A stretch of DNA of 64,000 nucleotides, from the NCBI RefSeq assembly GCF_964204645.1, contig NC_134033.1, positions 392,131 through 456,130 on the forward strand. Reading direction: 5' to 3'. The notes beneath the pieces are model-generated. The model saw nothing but the letters and a program-made list of their open reading frames with translations, was not told the DNA's origin and ran no database searches. Origin of the DNA: Tubulanus polymorphus. Taxonomy: Eukaryota; Animalia; Nemertea. Positions 51,702 through 63,099 of this stretch are shown in pieces (position 1 is the first letter of the stretch; each line of letters begins with the position of its first letter). The translations under genes were made by a program, and so were the position numbers.

Positions 51702-52291
51702 GTTGAAGCAGACCAGTGTCTCCGCAGTAACCACGCCTCTCTCTGCTGCGTCTCTCGTCTCGCCCTATCATCAAATCTACTCTCAACACGAGCTGTGAAC
51801 TATCATCCGATGGAGAATAAAATATGAATTTAAATATACGGTGCGTAGTGCTGGAAAATGCAGATTTGACAAAGATGAATCTCTATTATGTCGTATTTCA
51901 GTTCAGGTGACTCTCACTATACCAGATACACGTTTTGTGAAGATAAACTTGGTACAAGCCAGTCTCATTGCATTCATCCAGAAATAAAGCAGCTTTTTTT
52001 ATAAAATCCATTAGAAAAACCGACACAATTATGCGTACCTCCTATACACTTTATGAACAGTCAATGAAAAATTCCCCATCTTTTAAATAGGTAATTTATG
52101 GCGTCTGATTTGGCCCGTACTAAACAATTTTCTGTACGGCTAGATGAACAATTTCTACACTGTATATTGGGCCACGTTTTGGTTTTGTCTTTCCTCCAGC
52201 CGTAAAGAAACAATTTTAGTATGGCCCGAATCAGCAGCCACAAGTTTGACAGAAGGCCTTCAAGCCGCAAAAATGAACAAAGTTATTGCGA

Positions 52292-52580
52292 TAAACCCAC
52301 ACAACTGTAGAACTGGATCCAGGGTCAAATTAAACTCACACAACTGTGGAACTGGATCCAGGGTCAAATTAAACTCACACAACTGTGGAACTGGGTTCAG
52401 AGTCAAATTAAACCCACACAACTGTGGAACTGGGTTCAGAGTCGAATTAAACCCACATAACTGTGGAACTGGGTTCAGAGTCAAATTAAACCCACACAAC
52501 TGTGGAACTGGGTTCAGAGTCGAATTAAACCCACATAACTGTGGAACTGGGTTCAGAGTCCAATTAAACCCACACAACTG
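52292..52580 (+). repeat. 39-bp tandem repeat built from the MITE terminus
   Basis: Unit aactgtggaactgggttcagagtcaaattaaacccacac, ~7 copies. Confidence 0.92.
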
Positions 52581-53097
52581 TCAGATTGAACTATCTTAAG
52601 ACTAAAATGTGGTCTTAGGATTTAAGATCAAATTTTGGACTGTGCAGCTGAGTCCCTCGCGGTTCCCCAGTCTCCGAGTTCAGATTGTACTCTTTTAATT
52701 CTAACCCAGAGTTAACTCTAACTCACAGCTGTGGAACCGCGGGCTGGTCCAGGGTGACTGGCTGATCGGTTTCGAAGGGAACGCCGAATTAAGACACATT
52801 GATATCGGTTGTTAGCATGAAATTGTTTATTTATTTGCACTAAACAGAAGTTCGTCTCTCAAAAACTACATTTCATAAAATATGAATAAAAAACAATCAT
52901 TTATTTCACATAAAATCACAATCTATTCAACAATAATCCAGTTGTTACTATAGTGATTTTTACACTTCCGGTTTCACGAAAAGTTAAACTCAATTCAGTT
53001 TGTTGAATAGTCGCTGAAATTGGGCAATAATTCAAACTTAACCGTTTTTAGCTGGAAAACTTTTTCACGAAACCAAACCCTGTTGGGGTATTATGTT

Positions 53098-55235
53098 CTA
53101 AGCAATAGTAAAACCACCGTCGACAGGGATTGACTGCCCGTTTACCATCTTAGATCGGTCGCTTAATAGATAAACTATCATATCCACGATATCCTGTTCA
53201 TCTGCGAAATATAAATAAATATATAACTGAGCTCGAAATCGACAGTTGATGTTTATAAGAGTTTACAAGTAAAAACTGAGATCACATCACATCAGTAAAA
53301 CTGAGCTGAAATAAAATATCAGCAAAACTCACAGGATTTGGGTCCTCCCCCTCCCCAAGAAAATTTTGAAAATTTGAAGCGTTTTAGATGGATTTGTGTC
53401 CGACCAATGTTAGTGAATATTTCATATGAAATTTCGCTGAAATTTAATCTGATAAAAACTTTCTTCGGCTAAATTAGCGGAACACGAGATCTTGCGGGGA
53501 TGTGTGTTAGCACCTAATGCACCCCCCCCCCCGGGTACGGGCTTGTGAGGATATGATCATTTATTCTGACGGATCTTTTACTAAACTTCATCAGCAAAGA
53601 AAAACGAAAATGTTTTTTCATCGTTTTCACTGACGATGAAAATGATGATGAAAATTTGTTAAAACTCCGTGTTGGTTTTGCTCACGGTTAAGTTTGAAAT
53701 ACTGAGATTGATATCTGAGTATCACGTGACCTATGATACCTGCAAATCTTCCCGTCGGCGTCCGTTTCAACTGATCGTCAAACATCGTCTGTATTTCCGG
53801 TGTGGCTGTGAGCACGTGATCTAAAACGAATCGGGTCAAGGTCGTCCCTGCTATTATAGAGTTCACTCTTATCTGGAGACAAACAAATAAACAATAGCAT
53901 CAACAGAATGATGTGTCAGATCCTCGGAGTCCCTGGTTCGAATACTTTAACCGGTGGGCCCAAAAACTGCCCCAATAATTTACGTACCCCGTGCGGTCCA
54001 AATTGTACCGCTCCAAGTCGCGTCATCGCGTCAAGGGCAGCTTTACTCATTATATAGGAGTCGACCTTCAAGTCGAACCCACGAATCGACCCGATACTGG
54101 AAATATTCACTATCGAACCGGGAATTTTACGATCGATCAAATTCTTAGCCACCACCTTCAAAATACAAGAAATAGAAAATTCACAAAAAAACTCTGTTGA
54201 AGTTTGTGAGAAGTGTTTGATCACGTGACTGTTTATATATGTTTGATCACGTGACTGTTACCTGAGTTACGTTAATCACTGATTTTACATTCACGTTCAT
54301 GATCCTAGAAATAAAATCAAATAAAACACAATTTAACACTTCAGGATTTCGGGTGACACGCGTTGTGTGTTTGTCTCAAATCTTACTCGTCGAAACTTTG
54401 TTCAGTGACGTTTAACAGAGGTCCATCCGGTTTTATCAGCGCCGCATTATTAACCAATAGATCTATAGGTAAAGCGCCCTCTATCGCGTCACGTGTCTTC
54501 TTCCAATCTCTCAAATCAAGACAAATCGTCTCAATATCAGAAAACTGTGAAATATCAAAAATACTGGATATACCATTCCGGTAAAACATGGCGGCCTCCA
54601 TAAATCCCCCTTATGACATCACACGGTTAGATTAGTGATGTCATTCAATGCATGTAGGTCATATACCTCTTGTTTCAGTGAGTCAAGGTCAGATTGTGTA
54701 CGCGACAAGGCCACAACTTTAGCTCCACATTTCACCAATGTTTTCACGCAACACCGACCTATACCTGTCAATAGACAAACTAGAATACATATACCGCCCC
54801 CTAGTGGGACCTATACCTGTCAATAGACAAACTAGAATACATATACCGCCCCCTAGCGGGACGTATACATATCAATAGACAAACTAGAATACATATACCG
54901 CCCCCTAGTGGGACCTATACCTGTCAATAGACAAACTAGAATACATATACCGCCCCCTAGCGGGACCTATACATATCAATAGACAAACTAGAATACATAT
55001 ACCGCCCCCTAGCGGGACCTATACATATCAATAGACAAACTAGAATACATATACCGCCCCCTAGTGGGACCTATACATATCAATAGACAAAATAGAATAA
55101 ATATACCCCCCCCCTAGCGGGACAAACTAGAATTACAGATACATTGAAATACTGCCCCCTAGTGGTGTTTAATTCATACTTACCCTTACCCGCACCTGTC
55201 ACGAGTACTCTTCTACCGTTGAAATTTATCTCCAT
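53098..55235 (-). CDS. DCXR: DCXR-like L-xylulose reductase / classical SDR, intact 7-exon gene (251 aa)
   Basis: Exons (minus) 55235-55184, 54764-54667, 54544-54387, 54304-54262, 54155-53988, 53872-53740, 53201-53098. All introns GT-AG, 756 nt in frame. MEINFNGRRVLVTGAGKGIGR, LSRTQSDLDSL, DLLVNNAA, VNISS, YIMSK, GPHGIRVNS, LLSDRSKMVNGQSIPVDGGF closely follow DCXR. Confidence 0.93.
54757..55123 (-). repeat. 52-bp minisatellite in DCXR(-) intron 1 (6 full units plus 1 variant)
   Basis: Same unit as 43418-43680 in reverse orientation; units differ at CCACTAG/CCGCTAG and at ACAG/ATAT ends. Confidence 0.92.
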
Positions 55236-56629
55236 TTCGCTAGCCTACCTGTAGATTGTTGAGGTTACCAGTATATTCAGAATAGGCTACTAGTAGGTTC
55301 AGGATACTAATAGGTTGTTCAGGTTACCAGTAGGTTCAGTATAGGCTACTAGTAGGTTCAGAATACTAGTAGGATAAAGGTGCTATATGCTGTACTGTAT
55401 TAGTTTAGGCTGTTTGTCAATGTATACTAAATTGAATTCCCCTCTGTAGAATTTTTAACAATTTTATGTTAGCTCATTCACAATAGTTGCTGTCATAAAT
55501 ATCAATGTGTGCCATTTATTCAAAAATTTGAAAACGGTATTCATTGAATTTCTTGGTAATCTATTCACAAATCCAAACGTACATTGAATGGGCCGTTCAT
55601 AAAACACAAAACGTCACTTAGAAATTCAGGAGATTAATTCTGCTTAAAAATTCAGTAAAATCCGTTGATACATCCACTGCTCGGACCAGAGAAAAATCTG
55701 GTTTTACAAGGCATCATTTTGCAGTGTTATGAAAAACGATATTTTCATTAAATTTGAATTAAATTGAACAAATTAGTTGTGTGAGAAATGTTGACGTTAA
55801 TCTAGCCGCGGTATAGGATATACTTATAACCGACTTTGTCTGTATATAACAAACAAGTGAGAGCCTGCTTGATAAAGTTATCCCTGGTTCGAACCCCATA
55901 TTAAGTACTGATTATGAGTAGACCCGATGTACTTGATGTCTCAGGTTCGAATCCATATTGATACCGATTACGAATGGTCTGCAGATAGACTGCGCGACAA
56001 ACAAACACGTAAAATTAAATCCAATTATTAGAATCATGAGAAATGGCGCAAAAACGATTTCTTTTTAACATCTAAGATTTTTGTGTTGAACTTTTCTTAT
56101 CATTTATTTATTGTACAATACAATTTCTACGACCCACTTTTGTCAGAGCCTTGAAGAATTTTGGGTGTCGGAAAATGCAGACTAAATAACGAAAGAGAAC
56201 GCTCCAGTTCGGAATATCAAAACCGACTAAAACTTTATTTTTACACATTGTACTAATTCATAATAGACACAGTCACTAAAACTGGAGGAACAACGGCGGC
56301 GAGTAGTCACGTGACAACGAGACAAACAACACATTACGACAAGCTGTGCCGGAGGACAAATAATAAATCACATGATATAAACATTTAAACATTGTAGGAA
56401 TATGAAATACATATTAAATAATGTACAAGAATTTTAAATTATGTTTTGCTCTACGATGAATATTCATTCAAATGCAATGTATTTCTGTATAGTTTATACT
56501 GTATTACAATTAAGTGAAGGACACAATGAAGGAGAAACAGTTGGTGCGTATTTAAAACTTTAGAGCAAGGCACAAAATTATCGGATTTTCAAAAAAAAGG
56601 AAAAATTATTGTTTTATTGTTAAGGCGCT

Positions 56630-57380
56630 TCAGTTCTCGATGAGCGCGTACGTGGAATAAGTATCGAGTTCAGTGAATGAGTCTTGATTATTGAATTCAT
56701 CTCTAGTAACGTTTAAAAGTGAACAGATTCTGTTACTATTGATTTTAGAAAAATAAAACGATTTACACGAAGGGTTAGATTTACAACAGAGTTTAGCGCA
56801 GTGGATCAGACTACGAGCTGGGATTTTACTGATAACATGAGAGGGGTCAACAACTCGTCCACTTCCGTACTTCCTATACCGGCATGGTCCAGGTTCAGTA
56901 GTAGGCTCAGTAGTAGGCTCAGTAGTAGGTTCAGTAGTAGGTTCAGTGGTAGTCTCAGTTGTAGGCTCAGTAGTAGGTTCAGTAGTAGGTTCAGTGGTAG
57001 TCTCAGTTGTAGGCTCAGTAGTAGGTTCAGTAGTAGGTTCAGTGGTAGTCTCAGTAGTAGGCTCAGTATTAGGTTCAGTAGTAGGTTCAGTAGTAGGTTC
57101 AGTGGTAGTCTCAGTTGTAGGCTCAGTATTAGGTTCAGTATTAGGTTCAGTAGTAGGTTCAGTAGTAGGTTCAGTAGTAGGTTCAGTAGTAGGTTCAGTA
57201 GTAGGTTCAGTAGTAGGTTCAGTAGTAGGTTCAGTAGTAGGCTCAGTAGTAGACTCAGTAGTAGGTTCAGTAGTAGGTTCAGTAGGGGTTGGCGTAGTCG
57301 TCATCGTCGTCGGCACGATAGGGGGCGCCTTAAGTTCTGATTTAAAAAGAAAACGATAAAAATTCACCCTCCTCTCCCGC

Positions 57381-57418
<38 letters not shown>

Positions 57419-60196
57419 CCTCCCTCTCTCACCACCACGTACCTGATAAACAATCGTCGTTTATTCCTAGCAATGGTACAAAGTTTTCATACTCGTCGAA
57501 TAACATAAAACAGCTCATACGACCAGTGAATCGCCTGTCACGTGCTGATGTAGGGGCGATGTAGATATTGCCCGAGGCGGTGAACGGGTCCGCGATACAC
57601 CAATCAACAATAAATTCAGTGTGCAATGAAAATTCATTGGATTTAGCGTCGTAAAATATCTTAACACGAACCCATTCGTTAGTTTTGACTACCTGATAGC
57701 TAGCTGTTGCCCTAGCGGGATACGCGTGTAATGAACCGTTAGTGCAGTAGACCGTCAGGCTTGAATTTCCCGATCCCCAACGGATCAAATCGAACGATGC
57801 CGATAACGCGTAGATATTCAACATAATCGTGAAGCTTTTTCCGGTGAAGTCCAATTTTCCGTCAGAGTTCTCGATCGTAATGGAGTTTGAACCGTCGAAT
57901 TTGAAGGCGGTTTTAGGTTTATCAGTTGGACCGGGTCCGTACCCAGGGGCTTGTGAGATTCCGTTATGGTTATTGCCGGAGCTGTCTTGTAGCCCGGTAA
58001 GTTCACTCAGCAGCCATTTGCCTATCAGTATACTGTTCACTGTAAAGACAAAAGAACGCTTTAATGCTCACCACGTTGTGGAACGTTTGTCACCGTTTCG
58101 GATGGGAAAGAGATTTTATGACATTTTTGCAGGGAAAAGTGGAAAGAGCTAATAAATATAGCCGCAAAGCAGCGATTACGGGTTTTCAGAACAGCGATAA
58201 CGTGTTTTCAAAAAGGTAAATAGATACAGCCGCAAAGCAGCGATAACGGGTTTTCAGAAAAATACAATAAATATAGCTGCAAAGCAGCGATAACGGGTTT
58301 TCTGATTTATTGCACAGTGCTAGTGAGAGGGTAAACATCATCTACACAGAGAGATCACACGCCACCTGTCGGACGAAAGGTTTGCCGCCGTGAGATGACG
58401 ACTACACATTCAACACAATCCCGCACAAACCCCGCACAGCCCTGCTTTTATCAATACTATGTGAAAAAACTTTTTTGGAACATTTCATCGATCGATATGA
58501 CCTAATGAATAAATCATTTAACAGTTGCTAGCCGCCATTTTGTTAGCGTATTTTTGTCCTGTATTATCGGGTAATTTTTTCTCTTTTTATAGAACTACTT
58601 GTTTTGCGTGTTTTATCATGTTTAACTGGGAGAGAGATTAATTTCGACAGTTGAGACGAGAAGATACACAATATCCGTGTAAGAAGATAACAAGAGAAAT
58701 CCCACAATAAGTTCAGCCAAAACGAGAAACTTGAATAGAAGAGTTATATATATTTTTTATATATATATATTATATTTATATATATATTATATTTATATAT
58801 ATATTTTATATATATATATATATATATTTACACAAGCGCATTCGTGAACATAAGAATGATGTAAAGAATTTTAAGCCTGAAAGCGGTGTTGCTAATCACG
58901 TATACGAAACCAGCCACAATTTTGATTTTGAAAATGCCTCCATAATTTTCCCCTGTTCAGAAAAGATTAAACGACACATTATGGAATCGGCCCTGATTAT
59001 TGAAAACTTGGAAAATTGTGTTAATTTGAATAACGGTTTTTCCCCCCACAACATTTTGATCTCCAAATTTCTCGCTTCTCTTGTACCCCCGTTATACTAA
59101 TTCCCTCCATTGTTTTGCCTTTATCATAGTTTGCTTGTTTCCACTCACTCACTGATTATCGCCTTTCATGTTCCTTCTCTTTGTTTTATTTGATTACCCC
59201 TTAGCTTGTCCTCCCGTTTTAATCACTTTAGCTTGTGTCTTTGTTTATTAATTACTTTAATCTACATTGCCCCTAGTTTGCCTTGCTTACTTTAGCATTG
59301 TTTTCTAGTTGTTATGTCATTACTTTAATCTATTCCCCTTTCAATATTTTAATCACTCACTCTGCTTCTATTGTTTTGGTCTTGTATAAATATCTTGTAA
59401 TATTCTCCTGTACTCAGTACGCCTGATGATGGCTAATAGTCTTTAGCCGAAACGTTGCGCAAATATATATAACTCTTCTATTCAAGTTTCTCGTTTTGGC
59501 TGAACTTATTGTGGGATTTCTCTTGTTAATTTCGACAGTTTTAGCAACAGTTTTCGCCGGATGCATGAAAATTCAGGGCTCAACTGTGAAGTTCGTTATC
59601 TTTGAAATCAATTTTTGCAAAAAATCAAACATTTCAGGAATTATGCGCATAAACCCCCTTTCAAGTGAAATTCAAAATGTAAAGATATCGTGCCTAGTTT
59701 TTATTCTATGGCTATTTAACTGTAGCTCGTCTATTATCATTCCGAATTCGGCGCTGTTTAAATATGAATGCACGCACGCCATCAACTCTGTCGCCCACTC
59801 GCAGCTCGCAGTTCTAGCTCAACTACTGCTGTCAATTTATCCGAAACCGACCACTTCATGTTACTTTTAGATATTGTTTGAACAGTTTTCATGCTACAAT
59901 TTGCAAATATTCTGACAATGCTGATAAAAAAAAAACTTGAAACAATGCATGACGTCACGATCGCAACGAATTCAAAATAAATTCAAAAAAATAGAAAACA
60001 TGAAAATTGATAAAATTTTAACATTTCATCTTTTTTTCAATGTTTTCGTTTTTTTCTACTTTTTGACCTTCGACCTTTGAAGATTTTTACACACCAATGA
60101 ATATGTTTAGATAAATGCATATCGAATGAATTATTCCTCACCTGATGTAGTTAGGATCACCACACAGAACAATACAATCATCTTTACGCCCGTCAT
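56630..60196 (-). CDS. Secreted 3-exon protein: signal peptide + LamG/ConA-like domain + (TEPT)n mucin stalk + PAN/apple domain (452 aa)
   Basis: Exons (minus) 60196-60142 ([18 protein letters not shown]), 58039-57443 (GKW...DSSGNNHNG...AFKFDG...SFTIML...[12 protein letters not shown]), 57336-56630 (TEPT repeats, then [21 protein letters not shown]...CSL). Both introns are phase 1 GT-AG; 1359 nt in frame. Confidence 0.85.
58653..59525 (+). mobile_element. 5'-truncated Penelope-like retroelement (GIY-YIG C-terminus + pLTR, inverted 5' pLTR piece), antisense within intron 1 of the LamG/PAN gene
   Basis: Frame 58828-59100 reads LHKRIREH...[22 protein letters not shown]...[10 protein letters not shown]...NLNNG, the PLE GIY-YIG tail pattern. 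58688-58755 is a perfect 68-bp reverse complement of 59461-59528. 15-bp direct repeat TTAATTTCGACAGTT at 58638-58652 and 59526-59540. Confidence 0.88.
59418..59460 (+). ncRNA. Minimal type I hammerhead ribozyme motif in the Penelope pLTR
   Basis: CGC-CUGAUGA-U-GGCUAA(uagucu)UUAGCC-GAAA-CG-UU-GCG: intact core boxes, 6-bp stem II, palindromic ACGU in place of stem III, 3-bp stem I. Confidence 0.75.
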
Positions 60197-61166
60197 TTTT
60201 ACTGAATATAGATGTATTTGCTAATAATTTATGATATCAGGAATGAAATCCAGTTTTACTACACGGGAGACGCGAGTTAGCGGCGAGTTGTAGACACAGA
60301 GGAAGTGGTCAATGCAATGAGCTGTTTTTATACGCATTCTATTCCCCCTCTCCTCCTCTCCCCTGTCCCTCCTCCCTCTCACCGTTTTGTTTTTATGAGG
60401 GCTCTTAATTATAACAAAGCCGATATTCGACGATATCAGTGTCTCTGTGAAGTGCTCTAACCCACAGCACAGTTGTTATTCAACAACGCGGTCAACGCCT
60501 GACATTAAACAGGGTCGGAAACTGTGGGTTCACACGTCCTGCGTCACTTTGAAAATTGTTCTAGTGCTCCAATAAAAAAATGTATCGTCAAAAACTAGCG
60601 TCCCATGACCGCACACACCACCCGAAAACAGTCCGATGATGTCAGTGAATTTTCTGTCGTAATGTTGTTCTTGTTTGTGCGCTAGCTGATGTTTGGAAGA
60701 ATTCGTATCAAACTGGCCGTAGTCTAGTGTGTACTGGATCAAACGTTGAATCGCGAGTTTCAATAAGGGTCTAAGATATAGTCACTCTTCTTTTAAAAAA
60801 GGGCACATACATCGCCAAAAATAGTTTAAAGGTTTAGAAAATCCCGAAAGGCCATAAATAGTTTACAAAAATCAAAAACAATTGCAAAGAATCGTTAAAA
60901 ATGTCGATGACATATGGCCCTGACTCAATTGTGAAATTACGAATAAAAAAGGCGGGCTCAAAGTGTCAAATATTCGATAAAAGACTTGGTTCATATTCAC
61001 CCAGTCCTGGCACTGATCGTTTCCGTCATACTATCCTAATATAACCACCAACTGAGGTTTGTATTGATTTTCACAATAGGTTCTGTGAACCTGGATTTCT
61101 GGTGGCTTAAAATCGAAGTAATTCAACAGAAAATCTTCCATATTTTTTTCAAAATATCTTACGACG

Positions 61167-61392
61167 CAGTCGAGCATGCTAACCACTAGACCATAGACCA
61201 GTAGTGGTTGATGGAGTCTGGTCAGTGTGGTGGTCAGTCAGGCGTGGTGACTGATCTCTACTCTCGCCACTATTGACAAAAAAGCTCCACTTGTTCCTCC
61301 GGTCGGAATGGGATTCCTGCGAATATTAGCTCAACTCAAAATACAAAACCTTTAAAGTTGAATTATCCAGGTATGTGGCAAGGGGCAAACCT
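61167..61392 (-). mobile_element. tRNA-like-containing repeat, copy 2 (3'-truncated)
   Basis: cagtcgagcatgctaaccactagaccatagaccagtagt matches copies 1 and 3. 61280-61392 aligns with 63318-63412. Confidence 0.6.
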
Positions 61393-61670
61393 CGCCAACA
61401 CCTTATAGTTTATTCATATATTCACGTTCCACTGATATCAGGCTCGCATTGTTAGATTTAATTCAAGGGCACTTTTTTATCCAAATTTCTATTGTATGAT
61501 GATAGTGAATGAGACAGCTAACCAGTTGTGTTGAGTATTGCGAGTGGCCTGTAGTTTATTCGCCTCCTATAGTGCATCATCCAATGCGCCGAATATCCAC
61601 TCGGGACGGGTATCTGTGGGTTCCGGACGGGTATCTGTGGGTTCCGGATTGTATGAGGGGATGGATCCAG

Positions 61671-62330
61671 GCTGTATATGCCCAGATTGGATGGATCCAG
61701 GCTGTATATGCCCAGATTGGATGGATCCAGGCTGTAGATGCCCAGATTGGATGGATCCAGGCTGTATATGCCCAGATTGGATGGTTCCAGGCTGTAGATG
61801 CCCAGATTGGATGGATCCAGGCTGTATATGCCCAGATTGGATGGCTACAGGCTGTATATGCCCAGATTGGATGGATCCAGGCTGTATATGCCCAGATTGG
61901 ATGGCTACAGGCTGTATATGCCCAGATTGGATGGATCCAGGCTCTATATGCCCAGATTGGATGGATCCAGGCTGTATATGCCCAGATTGGATGGATCCAG
62001 GCTGTAGATGCCCAGATTGGATGGATCCAGGCTGTATATGCCCAGATTGGATGGATCCCGGCTGTATATGCCCAGATTGGATGGATCCAGGCTGTATATG
62101 CCCATATTGGATGGACCCAGGCTGTAGATGGCCAGATTGGATGGTTCCAGGCTGTATATGCCCAGATTGGATGGATCCAGGCTGTATATGCCCAGATTGG
62201 ATGGTTCCAGGCTGTATATGCCCAGATTGGATGGTTCCAGGCTGTATATGCCCAGATTGGATGGATCCAGGCTGTATATGCCCAGATTGGATGGTTCCAG
62301 GCTGTATATGCCCAGATTGGATGGTTCCAG
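61671..62330 (+). repeat. 30-bp minisatellite, 22 copies
   Basis: Unit atggatccaggctgtatatgcccagattgg; 660 bp. Confidence 0.97.
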
Positions 62331-63099
62331 GGCGAACTTCGGTTATCGGAGTTAGTCGTTAGTGGTCCGGAAATGGTCGACCATGCAATTGAGCACGGTC
62401 GCTATATAGTTCCGACTACACTAGTCGACAAGCAACGAAAACCGAAGTTGGCCCAAACTGTAGATACCAAGATTGAAAGGTTCCGGACTTGGGTTGCTTC
62501 AGTTAAAGTGAGGAACAATGGAATTCTAAAATCCTGCCGACGAATAATGACTAAAATTTACAATTTTCAGATTCAATTGTACAATTATGTTTTCAGATAC
62601 GAACAGACTTATCGGTTATTACGGTACAATCCTTTTCTCATGATTCGTTTTAGAGTCCATACAGGCTAACTGGAGTTGGACTGGAATTGGAATTAGAATT
62701 TTTCCGTATCCACGTACTAGAATTGCTCATGTTAAATACAATTGCTGTTTGGATATTTCAAAAATTTATTGCTTTTATCATATAACAACGTATTGGAAAA
62801 CAATGCGATGCTTATTTGAATAAATTGACCGTTAATTCGAAATATTTCCGATCGATTTAATCAGCAAGTTGTTTTAATGCGTTAATCAATATTGATCCGG
62901 CGCATTGATACCGGATACGGAAACTTGTTTCACGGGTCAAAAAGACTGGAAAAGATTCAATAAGTTGAGCGACATACGACATAATGTATGTTTAATGTCG
63001 GCTTAAAAAAAATGACACCCGATGAAACCAACTCAAGGTATGAGACACACGCTATTCGACAAAACAGCACGCCGTCCAGTACAATTGCCTGTTCTGAAG

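Noticed and set aside
56801-57359. Plus-strand (SSRF)n and (VVGS)n ORFs
   Set aside because: Antisense shadows of the TEPT mucin exon.
60530-60763. 77-aa minus-strand ORF upstream of the LamG/PAN gene
   Set aside because: Non-ATG start, no recognisable motif or splice support.
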